Positions 29,135-38,717 of a DNA stretch of 64,000 nucleotides are shown here, piece by piece. The stretch's first letter is position 1; each line of letters starts with the position of its first letter. The stretch covers positions 800,001 to 864,000 of the forward strand of contig CAVSNY010000007.1 in the NCBI GenBank assembly GCA_963729605.1, given 5' to 3'. The stretch comes from an uncultured Gammaproteobacteria bacterium. Lineage in GTDB: Bacteria; Pseudomonadota; Gammaproteobacteria; DRLM01. A program made the position numbers and the translations under genes. A model generated the notes under the pieces. That model saw only the letters and a list, made by a program, of their open reading frames with translations, had not been told where the DNA came from and made no database searches.

Positions 29135-29683
29135 TCAGTTCCAACTCCGTTGCCAGAGGGTTTCTTGTTTACCAAGCTCGCGGGTAATCACTCGCGCCAG
29201 TACGAATAATAAATCCGAAAGCCGGTTGAGATAAATCAGGGCGTGTCCGTTGATGCTGGAGTGCCGCTGCAGGGCGACCACCCGCCGTTCGGCGCGCCGG
29301 CACACGGCGCGGACGAAATGGCAGGTGGTCGCTTCCAAGCCGCCGCCGGGCAGGATGAATTCCTTGAGGTGGGGCAGGTCGGCGTTGTAGTGGTCGATGA
29401 GTCGCTCCAGCCGTTCGATGTCGGCCGGGCTGATCATGCTATGGCCCGGGATGCACAGCTCGCCGCCGACGTTGAATAAATCGTGCTGAACGCGGATGAG
29501 ATGGCCGTGGATGGCGTCGGGCAGTTTGTACGACAGGAGTACGCCGAGCGCGCTGTTGAGTTCATCGACGTCGCCGTAGGCCTCGACGCGGGGATCGTCT
29601 TTGCCGACGCGGCTGCCGTCGCCGAGCCCGGTGTCGCCGGCGTCGCCGGTGCGGGTGTAGATTTTGGAAAGGCGGTTGCCCAT
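29135..29683 (-). CDS. ATP:cob(I)alamin adenosyltransferase, PduO type
   Basis: KIYTRTGDAGDT.L, EAYGDVDELNS, FILPGG, RAVCRRAER, YLNRLSDLLF. Confidence 0.96.
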   Translation of the reverse strand: MGNRLSKIYTRTGDAGDTGLGDGSRVGKDDPRVEAYGDVDELNSALGVLLSYKLPDAIHGHLIRVQHDLFNVGGELCIPGHSMISPADIERLERLIDHYNADLPHLKEFILPGGGLEATTCHFVRAVCRRAERRVVALQRHSSINGHALIYLNRLSDLLFVLARVITRELGKQETLWQRSWN

Positions 29684-29690
29684 GTCGACC

Positions 29691-30353
29691 TCAACTGTCC
29701 GTCAAGCGGTATTCGATGGGCAGCACCATATCAAAATGGCCGTTTTCCAGCCAGCCGCCGATGTCGTCGAGGCGGGGAATGTCCCGCAGGGTGCGCAACG
29801 CGGCGCGGTCGATGAGGCCGTGACCCGACGAGGCGAGGAGATGGATGCCGCTCAGCCGGCCGTCGATCTCCACCCGCAGCGCGACGGTCACCTCGCCCTG
29901 CCAGCCCTGGCGTCTCGCCAGCGGCGGATAGACGAAATAAGGCGCGAGCGCGTCGCGCAGCCGCGCTTGCAGGCGTTGTTGTAACACGTGATCGTCGCGC
30001 GGGGGTGGGACGAATGCCGCGCCGGCAGCGGCGGGCAAATCATCGGCCATGATTGCGGACGACGGCGCGTCGGCGGACGTGCTGGCAATTTCCGGATCGG
30101 CCGGCATGGCCGGGACGGTTGCAACGGAGACTGCGGTGTTCGATACAGGCCGGGGTTTGATAATGGCGGGCGACGGAGTCGGTGCGGCGGCGCTGGCCGG
30201 TTCTGAAGACGGCGGCGGCGCCAAAGAAGTTAAGCTCACCGTGAGCGGCCTCACCCCGGCGGGGTGAGGCGCATCATCGAGGATTAAATAGGCGAGCAGC
30301 CCGCCGTGCAGGGCGACGGAGAGTAATAAAAAGCGGGCTGAATGCGGGGTCAT
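29691..30353 (-). CDS. Energy transducer TonB
   Basis: TM with SVALH, Pro/Ala-rich linker, YPPLARRQGWQG.V, SSG...D.AA; start ATG 30353. Confidence 0.9.
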   Translation of the reverse strand: MTPHSARFLLLSVALHGGLLAYLILDDAPHPAGVRPLTVSLTSLAPPPSSEPASAAAPTPSPAIIKPRPVSNTAVSVATVPAMPADPEIASTSADAPSSAIMADDLPAAAGAAFVPPPRDDHVLQQRLQARLRDALAPYFVYPPLARRQGWQGEVTVALRVEIDGRLSGIHLLASSGHGLIDRAALRTLRDIPRLDDIGGWLENGHFDMVLPIEYRLTDS

Positions 30354-30360
30354 GATTCCA

Positions 30361-32184
30361 TCATAGCGTTGGGCTGTAGCGCGCTTCGATGAAGACGGCG
30401 CGGCCCGCGCTGTTGAAGCCGTCGGCCAGTTCGTAACGTTTGTCGAAGGCATTTTCGAGCTTGCCGATCAAACGCCAATCTTTTTGCACGCGCCATTGCG
30501 CGCTCAGATTCACCAGGCCGTAACCGGCGTTGTAGGTATCGGAAAAGGCCGAATCCTTGCGCTTACTTTGTAGAATCAGATCGGCGCCGACTTGATACGC
30601 CGTTTGCTCGTACACCAGCGAGGTGGTGAGGCTGCGTTTCGCGCGGCGCGGCAGCGGTTCGCCGCTGGTTTCGTTCTTGGGATCTTGCACGATGCCTTCC
30701 ACGCGCAGGCTGACGGGTTGCAGGTTCAGGGCGTAACTCAGTTCCACGCCGCGGATGCGGGCCTTTTCCACGTTTTGATTGGCGCCCTGGATGGGGCCGA
30801 GAAAACCGTCCGGATCGGTGAATTCGATGAGGTCTTCGATGCGGTTGTCGAAGAGATTCACCGCCACGGTTTGGCGTTGGCCGATGCGCTGGCGCGCGCC
30901 GACTTCAAGATTGCGCGAGGTCTCCGGCTTGAGGTCGGGGTTGCCGCCGAAACCGAAACGGTCGGTGGCGTCCGGCGCGCGGAAGCCGGTGCCGGCCGCG
31001 GCGGTGAAGCGGGTGGCCGGCGACAATTTAAAACCATATTCCACGTTCCAGGTGCCGTGGCCGCCGAAGCTGTCGTGATCGGTGTGGCGTCCCGCCAGCA
31101 GCAGATGATGTGCACCCCATTTGATGTCGTCTTGCAAGTAAACGGCGTTGACGTCGGTGGCCTCGTCGAAGCCGGTGCCGAACACGCTGGAGGAGGCCTT
31201 TTCCCGCGACAGCATCAAGCCGGCGGTGAGCAATTGCCGCGCGTCGAGTTGCACATCGTTCTGCCAGTCGAGTTGATTGCGGCGGGTGTGCGCGAAATCG
31301 TCGCCTTGGTTTTGATCGATCTCGTCGCTGGCCTGGCTGAGCCGCAAGGTGCTGACCCACGCGTCGCGTGGCGCGGCTTTGAGCGCGAGGCTGGTGGCGG
31401 TGTTTCTGAAATCCTGGTCCAAAGGCGTGAGGAAGAAATCGAAATATTCGGTATTGCCGGCGCTTTGCCAGCGGCGCAGCTCGACGTCGAGCGGGCCGAA
31501 CTCGCGCCCGGCGTAGAGATTGAAGCTGAGATTGTCATGGCCGCGCGCTTCGCTGGCGTCCTGGCGGGTGGCGAAACCGTCGCTGGCGTAGGCGCTGGCG
31601 TCGATGCCGGCGCGGCTGGTGCCGTCGCCGAAATGGACGCCCAGGTCGTGACTGCGGGTGCCGTAGCGCCCGGCGCCGAACGCGAAATAACCGCGCGCGC
31701 CCTCGGCCGCCCGGCGGGTGATGATATTGATGACGCCGCCGATGGCGTCGGAGCCATAGAGGCTGGAGCGCGGGCCTTTCACCACTTCGATGCGTTCGAT
31801 CAGATCGGGACGGATGTTTTGCAGGGCGGCGCCGCCGATGGTGCCGGGGTTGATCTTGACGCCGTCAATCATCACCAAGGTGTGATTGCTCTCGGTACCG
31901 CGCAGAAACAGCGAGGCCGGTTGACCGGCGCCGCCGTTGCGGCCGATATCGAGCCCGGCGTGCAGGCGCAACAAATCCGCCACATCGACGGCGGCGCTGC
32001 GTTCGATGACGTCGCGCTCGATGACGATGACCGGCGCCAGGGTTTGATCGGCGATTTGCGCGGTGCGGGTGGCGGTGACCACGATCGCCGCGTCATCGGC
32101 GGCATGCAAGGCGCTGCCGCCGGCGGCATACAGCAGTGAAATCAAGGTAATTTTTTTTGTAAAAGATTTTTTTGGCAAAGACAT
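30361..32184 (-). CDS. btuB: TonB-dependent vitamin B12 receptor BtuB
   Basis: IVVTATR TonB box, FLRGTESNHTLVMIDGV, ERIEVVKGPRSSLYGSDAIGGVINIIT; cobalamin riboswitch upstream. Confidence 0.93.
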   Translation of the reverse strand: MSLPKKSFTKKITLISLLYAAGGSALHAADDAAIVVTATRTAQIADQTLAPVIVIERDVIERSAAVDVADLLRLHAGLDIGRNGGAGQPASLFLRGTESNHTLVMIDGVKINPGTIGGAALQNIRPDLIERIEVVKGPRSSLYGSDAIGGVINIITRRAAEGARGYFAFGAGRYGTRSHDLGVHFGDGTSRAGIDASAYASDGFATRQDASEARGHDNLSFNLYAGREFGPLDVELRRWQSAGNTEYFDFFLTPLDQDFRNTATSLALKAAPRDAWVSTLRLSQASDEIDQNQGDDFAHTRRNQLDWQNDVQLDARQLLTAGLMLSREKASSSVFGTGFDEATDVNAVYLQDDIKWGAHHLLLAGRHTDHDSFGGHGTWNVEYGFKLSPATRFTAAAGTGFRAPDATDRFGFGGNPDLKPETSRNLEVGARQRIGQRQTVAVNLFDNRIEDLIEFTDPDGFLGPIQGANQNVEKARIRGVELSYALNLQPVSLRVEGIVQDPKNETSGEPLPRRAKRSLTTSLVYEQTAYQVGADLILQSKRKDSAFSDTYNAGYGLVNLSAQWRVQKDWRLIGKLENAFDKRYELADGFNSAGRAVFIEARYSPTL

Positions 32185-32311
32185 GCGGACCGTTTCCTGT
32201 TTTGTCTGCGCGCACCCACGCAGGTTGTAGTGGTGGTGCGCAGTGGAACAGGCAGGCCGGCAGGACGAAACGACATCCGCCAGCATTGCCCGCCGCAACA
32301 CTGCGCTTCAT

Positions 32312-32508
32312 CAACCTCAGGCCGGTCTCCGGGCTTGTGAGTGGATCGCTCCTGGCGGGCCGCCTTCCCACGCGATGCGCAGTGGCGATTGGCCCGTCTT
32401 TGCTCACTTACCGTTGCGGGGGCAGCGCCGGACTTGCTCGTGATAGCGAGCGCACCGGCTTCCCGTTTCATCCCGCGCTTTGAGCGGCGCGGAACACCTG
32501 ACGGTTTG
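32312..32508 (-). ncRNA. Cobalamin riboswitch
   Basis: Minus: AGGTG..GGGATGAAACGGGAAGCCGGTG..AAGTCCGGCGCTGCCCCCGCAACGGTAA..GCCACTG..GGGAAGG..AAGCCCGGAGACCGGCC (B12 box). Confidence 0.96.
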
Positions 32509-32519
32509 AACGAGGCCGC

Positions 32520-32549
32520 ACTGTACGGCGGCGGGCTGGAAGCTGTCAA
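32520..32549 (-). promoter_or_regulatory. Sigma70 promoter for the riboswitch-btuB transcript
   Basis: TTGACA-N18-TACAGT just upstream of the riboswitch 5' end. Confidence 0.65.
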
Positions 32550-32999
32550 GCCGCTTGCGACTCGGCGGTTGTTTTGGCCGTCCTAAGGCCCCGTTGAACC
32601 TAAATATCAATAATTTATGCAAGGCGGCGGGCTGACGGTCGGGATGCGGCGACCCGTCTCTCAAGTGTGCGGGTCGGCGGCCGTTAAATTCGCCATAGGA
32701 ACTGTCGAGTTAACGAAGCGTGTGATGTCGATATTGCGTAAAGGACTGCGACGACGTGCCGTTATAGATAGTGCCAAGGATGATCGGCGGAGTGGCGATT
32801 TATCGGAAAGGCCGGCCGCTTACAAGGAGTGATTCTGCTGAGGGAGGTGCCCAGGGTCGGGTGTGAAAGGCAAGGACGTGTCGTTGGTCGTGCGGCGTTT
32901 GCGCCGGCACGGATTCAATGCGGTAGCGACGCAAGGGTCTGCGGATTTTTCAATATTGCCTCTGTTTTTGATTGAAAGAACAGCGAAGAGGAAACGATC

Positions 33000-33947
33000 A
33001 TGAATAAATTTGTAAAAATCATCACCACTGCGGGCTCGGCGGCGCTGATTATGAGTGGTACTGCCATGGCCGATCCGCCCGCCAATTTCGATGTGTGGAG
33101 CGTGAGCAGCGGCAACATTTCGTTCGGTGACTATGATAGCGGCACCGCCGGTACGCAAACGTGCCCCGCCGGCTTTACTTGCGGGACACCGGTGACAGGC
33201 TCCGGATTCCTGCAACGTCAGGTCGTGAATAATGTCTCCGGCGCTCAATATTTTCAGACTATCGTGGCGCCGGAAGGCGCGACCGGCGCGCCTGCCGCTC
33301 TGGTTTTCGCCGATGAAACCTTCGTCAGGGTCGGTGCCAGCGGTGTGTCGGGTAAACAGCATGCCCTCGACTCCTCGGTATCCGGCATCGAAACCACCGA
33401 TGTCTCGACGTCCACCATGCTTAATTCGGGATGGGCGTCGGGTGGATCTTTTAACGATTTGCAAATCAGTCAATCGATCACCTTGACCAACAATAAATCG
33501 ACCACGCCGGAAGTGACGCTTTTTAACGGATTCACCTTCAATCAAAACGGCACCAACGCCGCGCCCACCGGTAAATTCCTGGACGTGACCCAGGGCGTGT
33601 TGATCGAAGGCGACGCGAACATCGCCAATAACACCGGCGATGACGTGCAGAAATTCGTGATGCGGCAAGCCTCAGGCAATCTCAACGGTGCCGCGCATGT
33701 CTTGGCCTCACCGGTATTGCTGCCGGGCAATGGCAGCGACTTGGCCTGGTCGGCCACCGATGACGTAAAAGTCATCTGGGTAGGCCAGCAAATGATTAAA
33801 TCGGGCGTGGAGTCCTTCCGTTATCAGTTTTACGACAACCTCACGTCGGTCGCCGCCGATTCCATTTCGGATTTCGAAGTGGGTCAAGCGACGCCCTTCA
33901 GCTGGGTCAATCCCTTCTCCACGACACCGGGTTTGACCGTGCCTTGA
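33000..33947 (+). CDS. Secreted hypothetical protein, S/T/G/N-rich, probably beta-rich
   Basis: Signal peptide ending AMA-DPP; GAGG RBS; CPAGFTC pair; own terminator. Confidence 0.85.
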   Translation: MNKFVKIITTAGSAALIMSGTAMADPPANFDVWSVSSGNISFGDYDSGTAGTQTCPAGFTCGTPVTGSGFLQRQVVNNVSGAQYFQTIVAPEGATGAPAALVFADETFVRVGASGVSGKQHALDSSVSGIETTDVSTSTMLNSGWASGGSFNDLQISQSITLTNNKSTTPEVTLFNGFTFNQNGTNAAPTGKFLDVTQGVLIEGDANIANNTGDDVQKFVMRQASGNLNGAAHVLASPVLLPGNGSDLAWSATDDVKVIWVGQQMIKSGVESFRYQFYDNLTSVAADSISDFEVGQATPFSWVNPFSTTPGLTVP

Positions 33948-34012
33948 TTTGACTTTAAACAGTTTGCTTGCCGGATCTCAATCCTACGCATTTGCATGCA
34001 TCTTACCGGCGC

Positions 34013-34042
34013 GGGGAGGGGAAACCCTCCCCCTTCTTTTTT
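34013..34042 (+). terminator. Intrinsic terminator
   Basis: GGGGAGGG-GAAA-CCCTCCCC followed by CTTCTTTTTT. Confidence 0.85.
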
Positions 34043-34163
34043 GAGCCCTGGTAAATCTCAAACGGCCATCCTCCTTTCCCGTTTCCCTGCTTTTTCCCCG
34101 ATCGCCCGAATGTTGCTACCATGGTGAACAGTAGGCATTAAATTAGATAAAGTCAGCGGGGCG

Positions 34164-35120
34164 ATGGAACAAACTTTTTATCGGGATTTAGATCAGGGCA
34201 TCACCGTCATCGACACCGGTTATCATCGTCCGGGTTTTGATGCCAGTTATTTGCTGTTGGCGGGCGACGAAGCGGCCTTCGTCGATGTGGGTACCGCGTT
34301 TTCCGTGCCGCGCTTATTGCGGGTGCTCGCCGAAAAAAACATCCCGCGCGGACAGGTGCGGTATGTCATGGTGACGCATGTGCATCTCGACCATGCCGGT
34401 GGCGCGGGAACTTTATTGCGGGAACTGCCCGAGGCGCAGCTCATCGTGCATCCGCGCGGCGCGGCGCACATGATCGATCCCGGCAAATTGATCGCCGGTG
34501 CGACCGCGGTGTATGGCGACACGGCGTTTCGCGATTTATATGGTGAGATCGTCGCGGTACCCGCGGCGCGGGTAATCGAAGTGGACGATGACTTTAATCT
34601 GCATTGGAACGAGAGACCGTTGCGGTTTCTCGATACGCCGGGCCACGCGCGCCATCACTACAGTATATACGACGAGACCAGCCGCGGCATTTTCACCGGC
34701 GATACCTTCGGCTTGTCGTATCGCGAATTCGACAGCGCGCAAGGGCCGTTCATCTTTCCCACCACCACCCCCGTGCAATTCGAACCGGCGGCGTTGCATG
34801 CTTCCATAGAACGCTTGCTGACCTTGCCGGCCGACTGGCTTTATCTCACCCATTATGGCCGCGTCGGCGATCCGCCGCGCCTGGCCGGGCGTCTGCATGT
34901 GCTGATCGATGAATTCGTCGCTTTGGCGAACGATGTGTCAGGTACGGGAGACGAGCGGCAGCGAAATTTGGAAGCGGGATTGTCGGAGATTTTATTGCAG
35001 GCGCTGGATGTCCACGGCTGTACCTTGCCGCGGGCTCGTGTCTTGGAATTGCTGGCCGTGGATGTACGGCTCAATGCCCAGGGTTTGGCGGTGTGGCTGG
35101 ATCGTCAGGCGCGCTCTTGA
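34164..35120 (+). CDS. MBL-fold metallo-hydrolase
   Basis: THVHLDHAGG, TPGHARHH, FTGD, THYG. Confidence 0.93.
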   Translation: MEQTFYRDLDQGITVIDTGYHRPGFDASYLLLAGDEAAFVDVGTAFSVPRLLRVLAEKNIPRGQVRYVMVTHVHLDHAGGAGTLLRELPEAQLIVHPRGAAHMIDPGKLIAGATAVYGDTAFRDLYGEIVAVPAARVIEVDDDFNLHWNERPLRFLDTPGHARHHYSIYDETSRGIFTGDTFGLSYREFDSAQGPFIFPTTTPVQFEPAALHASIERLLTLPADWLYLTHYGRVGDPPRLAGRLHVLIDEFVALANDVSGTGDERQRNLEAGLSEILLQALDVHGCTLPRARVLELLAVDVRLNAQGLAVWLDRQARS

Positions 35121-35130
35121 CGTGCATATG

Positions 35131-35754
35131 TTACGGCGTGGCGATGAGCTGCGGCGGCAGTGCCGCCAGATCCTCCGGCCGATCGATGTCGGTCCGTTCC
35201 GGTAATAAACACCAATGCTGGTTCATCTCGCGCAGCCGCGCGAGGGTGTTGGCCAGCACCGTGGCGCGGCCCCACGCCATGCCCTCGAACAAGCGCGGCT
35301 GCGCGCGGCGCAAACCGATCAACCAATAACCGCCGTCCCGCGCCGGACCCACTACCGCGTCGGCGCCGTCCGCCAGCGCGGTGACGGCCTGTTGCAGATC
35401 CCGGGTCGTCATGCCCGGACAATCGCTACCGGTGAGGATGACGTATTGCGCGCGGGTCAGCGCGTCATCAAAAGCCTGGGCCATGCGCGCGCCCAGGTCG
35501 CCGCCGCTTTGATTGTGCAGGCTGAGCGGCCACGAGACGCGCGCCGCGCTGAAAAAGGCATGGCGGGTATCGGGACTGCACCACAACTCCACCGGATAGT
35601 CCGCCGCGCAGACCGTGGCGAGGGTGTGCCTCACCAGCCGTTCATGCAAGGCCGCCGCTCGCGCCGCGCCGAGGGCGGGAATCAAGCGGGTTTTGGCCTG
35701 TCCGGCGATTGGCGCCTTGGCGAAGACCAGGATGCGCGCGGAGGGGCCGTTCAC
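35131..35754 (-). CDS. TIGR04282-like transferase 1 (CofC-like fold, rSAM/ArsS-associated)
   Basis: VFAKAP..G.AKTRLIP, Q.GGDLGARM, GSDCP, GPARDGGYWLIG, DIDRPEDL; GTGA overlap. Confidence 0.9.
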   Translation of the reverse strand: MNGPSARILVFAKAPIAGQAKTRLIPALGAARAAALHERLVRHTLATVCAADYPVELWCSPDTRHAFFSAARVSWPLSLHNQSGGDLGARMAQAFDDALTRAQYVILTGSDCPGMTTRDLQQAVTALADGADAVVGPARDGGYWLIGLRRAQPRLFEGMAWGRATVLANTLARLREMNQHWCLLPERTDIDRPEDLAALPPQLIATP

Positions 35755-36443
35755 GATTTCTTGCCGCCGCTGCCGTAACGCCGCAGCAAGTCTCGCGGGT
35801 CGGCGCCGAAAAAATAAGCCAGGCGCAGCCGCCACATCAACCACACCGTAGACGCTATCCCGTGGCTTTCCCAGCGGCGGCTGGAGGTGATGACGCGTTC
35901 ACGCAGGCAGAGCGGCCGGCCGGATCTTTTCAAGACGCGCGACAGCGCGATGTCTTCCATCAGCGCGATGTCGGGGAAACCACCCACGCTTTCGAACAAG
36001 CGCCGTTCGACGAAGATCGCCTGATCGCCGGTGGCGATGCCGGAGAGCCGCGAACGCAGGTTCATCAGGGCTTCGATGAGGCGGAGCGCGGGATGGCGGC
36101 CGGATAAACGCACATCGAAGCGGCCCCAGCGACGCCCGCGGCGAGATAACCCTTCGGCGATTAACCGCGCGCAGTCATGCGGTAAAACGCTGTCGGCGTG
36201 CAAAAACACCAGCACCTCGCCACCGGCCAGCCGGGCGCCGGTGTTCATCTGCCGGGCGCGGCCCGGCGCGGAATGGACGACCTGGTCGGCGAGCGGCGCG
36301 GCGAGCGCGGCACTGCCGTCGGCGCTGCCGCCGTCCACCACGATGAGTTCATGTCCCGCGCGCCGCAGCGCTTGCAGCGGTGCGAGCGCGGCGGTGATGC
36401 CGGCCGCTTCATCGAGCATGGGAATGATGATGGATAGCCGCAT
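35751..36443 (-). CDS. TIGR04283-like GT2 glycosyltransferase (ArsS-associated)
   Basis: LSIIIP..DE, VDGGS.D, GRARQMN.GA, FLHAD, ATGDQ, ALMED, TSSRRWE. Confidence 0.92.
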   Translation of the reverse strand: MRLSIIIPMLDEAAGITAALAPLQALRRAGHELIVVDGGSADGSAALAAPLADQVVHSAPGRARQMNTGARLAGGEVLVFLHADSVLPHDCARLIAEGLSRRGRRWGRFDVRLSGRHPALRLIEALMNLRSRLSGIATGDQAIFVERRLFESVGGFPDIALMEDIALSRVLKRSGRPLCLRERVITSSRRWESHGIASTVWLMWRLRLAYFFGADPRDLLRRYGSGGKKS

Positions 36444-36514
36444 GGATTGGGCGTCGATGGATTAGTCGGTGTAAGGTGAAGGCATAAGGCGCGGGCCTTT
36501 GCATCGGTCCCGTT

Positions 36515-36661
36515 TCAACAACAGCCGTTTTCGTTGCTGACGATCTCTTCCGGCACCAGCGTCAAGAGCGAGTTGTCGTAGCTCACCGGACAGCACAAGC
36601 TGGGTTGCAGGTCCATGGCGCCGCGTGAGTAACGGTCGAGTACCGCGGAATGAATGTTCAT
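36515..36661 (-). CDS. 48-aa Cys-Cys small ORF / internally deleted ArsM-like methyltransferase remnant
   Basis: Hand translation MNIHSAVLDRYSRGAMDLQPSLCCPVSYDNSLLTLVPEEIVSNENGCC*; AAGGTGGA RBS; below the ORF-track cutoff. Confidence 0.7.
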   Translation of the reverse strand: MNIHSAVLDRYSRGAMDLQPSLCCPVSYDNSLLTLVPEEIVSNENGCC

Positions 36662-36763
36662 GGAATCCACCTTGTATAAAAATAGAAAAGGTAAAAGGGT
36701 TTTTTATCTTCTTCCCGGTTTTTGCGCGGGGAAAAAAGCCTCTTTTTCCGCTATTTTCGCTAT

Positions 36764-37732
36764 TCAATCTTTTACCAGCGCGCCGCCGCAACTGCTGCCC
36801 TGCCCGGCGGTGCAGCCGTAGCAATGGTCTTTCACCACGATGGGATTGCCGGTGAGGTTTACCCCCATGAGGTCTTTGATGTGCGTGCGCGGACGGTCGT
36901 TGAGGCGCAGCGGCAGGGCGAGCATTTGATTGAAATCGCAATCGTAGACATACCCTTGCCAGTCGATGCTGATCAAATCGCGGCACATCACCGATTCGAG
37001 ATTGGCGTCTTGGTGGGCCTCATGCAACAGCGTCATGTAATCCTCGAACTGCCCTTTGGAGATCAGCGTGCTGCCGAAACGTTGGATGGGCATATTGGCC
37101 AAGGTGAAGAGTTGATTGAAGACGATGCCGTATGCATCACTCAGGTGTTGTTTATAGTCGGCCTGCAATGGACCTTGCGCGGGCGGTAATGACGGTCCTT
37201 GCGGGTTGTACACCAGATTCAAGATCAAACCGCTGTCCGGTTGGCCGTAACCCAAGGCGTTGAGTCGCTGCAGTGCGCGAATGCTGGCGGCGAATACGCC
37301 CTTGCCGCGCTGACGGTCCACATTGTCTTCGAGATAACAGGGCAGGGAAGCAATGGCCTCGACGCGTTGCATCGCGAGGAATTCGGCCAAATCTTCCTGC
37401 CCCGGTTCTTCGAGTATGGTGAGATTGCAGCGGTCGATGACTCGTATGCCTTGCGCCCGCGCGGTACGCACGATGTCGCGGAAGTGGGGATTCAATTCCG
37501 GTGCGCCGCCGGTGAGGTCGAGGGCGCCGATGTTCGCGGCGCGCAGATAGGCCAGCACCTGCTCCACGGTTTCACGCGTCATGATTTCGGTGCGGCGCGG
37601 CCCGGCGTTGACATGGCAGTGCAGGCATTGCTGATTGCAGAGATAGCCCAGATTGACTTGCAGCGTCTCCAGCTTGTTACGACGCAGGGCGGGGAAACGG
37701 GTTTGCTCCAGTAGAGGCAAGGTGGCTAACAT
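36764..37732 (-). CDS. arsS: Radical SAM protein ArsS (TIGR04167-like, DUF3641), Cys form
   Basis: LQVNLGYLCNQQCLHCHV, DLTGGAPE, VMCR..IS, YDCDFNQML, HCYGCTAGQGSSCGG. Confidence 0.93.
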   Translation of the reverse strand: MLATLPLLEQTRFPALRRNKLETLQVNLGYLCNQQCLHCHVNAGPRRTEIMTRETVEQVLAYLRAANIGALDLTGGAPELNPHFRDIVRTARAQGIRVIDRCNLTILEEPGQEDLAEFLAMQRVEAIASLPCYLEDNVDRQRGKGVFAASIRALQRLNALGYGQPDSGLILNLVYNPQGPSLPPAQGPLQADYKQHLSDAYGIVFNQLFTLANMPIQRFGSTLISKGQFEDYMTLLHEAHQDANLESVMCRDLISIDWQGYVYDCDFNQMLALPLRLNDRPRTHIKDLMGVNLTGNPIVVKDHCYGCTAGQGSSCGGALVKD

Positions 37733-37757
37733 GGCTGCATCCTTGGTTGGTTGAACA

Positions 37758-38495
37758 TCAGTCTTCCGCGCGCGCCGGGTCGGGCGCGGCTTTGCTTTTG
37801 TCGCGGATCTTTTTTACCACAACCGGGAGCAAGGCGAACACGCCCAATAAGCCGAAGGCCGCCAGCGTCCCGGCGGAGAGAAGCTCGCTGGTGGAATTGA
37901 TGCGGCCCAAGGATAACCCCAGATTGGCGAAGACGAAACTGCCCGGAATAATCCCGAGAAAGGTGGCCGCCACATAGACGCGGACCGAGACGGGCGTGAA
38001 GGCCGGCGCGAGATTCACCAGCCAGAACGGAAACAGCGGCACCAGGCGCAGGAACAATAAATAGTGGAAGGCGTTTTCGTGAAAGCCGGCGATGAGTTTG
38101 TCGGCGCGCTCGCCCAATCGCCGCCGCACGGTCTCGGCGAACAGATAGCGGGCGGCGAGAAACACCAAGGTCGCACCGAGGGTGGCGGCGATCACGATGA
38201 TGAGCGTGCCCGCCCAGCGGCCGAACAGCATGCCCACCGCCAGCGACATGATCACCCCGCCCGGCACGCTGAGCGCCACCGCGCCCGCGTAAATCAACAG
38301 GGCCGCGGCGAGCGTGGTCCAGTAATGTTGCCGGGAGAAACTCAACAGAGCGTCGCGGTTTTCCTTAAGCGTATCGAGGCTCAGCCACTCGTTGCCGCCC
38401 AGGGCGAAAAAGGCGCCGATACCGCCGGCGAACACCGCGATGACGGCGAGCTTGAGCCAGCGCGCGGAAGTGGAATGTGGTTTTTTTCTAGCCAT
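37758..38495 (-). CDS. TVP38/TMEM64 (DedA superfamily) membrane protein
   Basis: SVPGG, G..FG, ATLGA...F..ARY, LRLVPLFPFWLVNL, GIIPG. Confidence 0.93.
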   Translation of the reverse strand: MARKKPHSTSARWLKLAVIAVFAGGIGAFFALGGNEWLSLDTLKENRDALLSFSRQHYWTTLAAALLIYAGAVALSVPGGVIMSLAVGMLFGRWAGTLIIVIAATLGATLVFLAARYLFAETVRRRLGERADKLIAGFHENAFHYLLFLRLVPLFPFWLVNLAPAFTPVSVRVYVAATFLGIIPGSFVFANLGLSLGRINSTSELLSAGTLAAFGLLGVFALLPVVVKKIRDKSKAAPDPARAED

Positions 38496-38690
38496 GGGTT
38501 ATTCCGTGGGCTCGTATCGGCGCGGTGCCGCGGCGACTGATTGATCGATCTTTACGCCCAAGACGCCAAGTTTTTCTTTGCCATGGAAGAGATTTTTTTC
38601 CGCGTCCTTGGTGGTCAAGCAGTCTTTCCAGGTTTTCCTCAGTATAGCCGCCGTCGTGCGGGGGCGGCGGGATCGTCGCGATGATGATGT

Positions 38691-38717
38691 AGTCGCACGG
38701 CGCGCCGAGACCTTACG
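38691..38717 (-). promoter_or_regulatory. Candidate ECF promoter (copy 2) upstream of dedA-arsS
   Basis: Minus CGTAAGG-N15-CGACT, identical boxes and spacing to the motif at 41177-41203. Confidence 0.5.

Noticed and set aside
30592-32139. Long antisense ORFs (515 aa here; also 22951-23925, 50934-52289, 57313-58623, 62790-63806)
   Set aside because: Shadows of real genes caused by high-GC codon bias; no motifs
32905-32921. Sigma54-like CGGCACG...TGC upstream of the secreted protein
   Set aside because: GG-to-GC spacing is 12 nt, not the required 10
36490-36517. Selenocysteine read-through of the TGA after the 48-aa ORF
   Set aside because: Only a weak hairpin follows and the read-through frame gives no recognisable protein; GCC-stop fits a natural C-terminus; ArsS here is the Cys form
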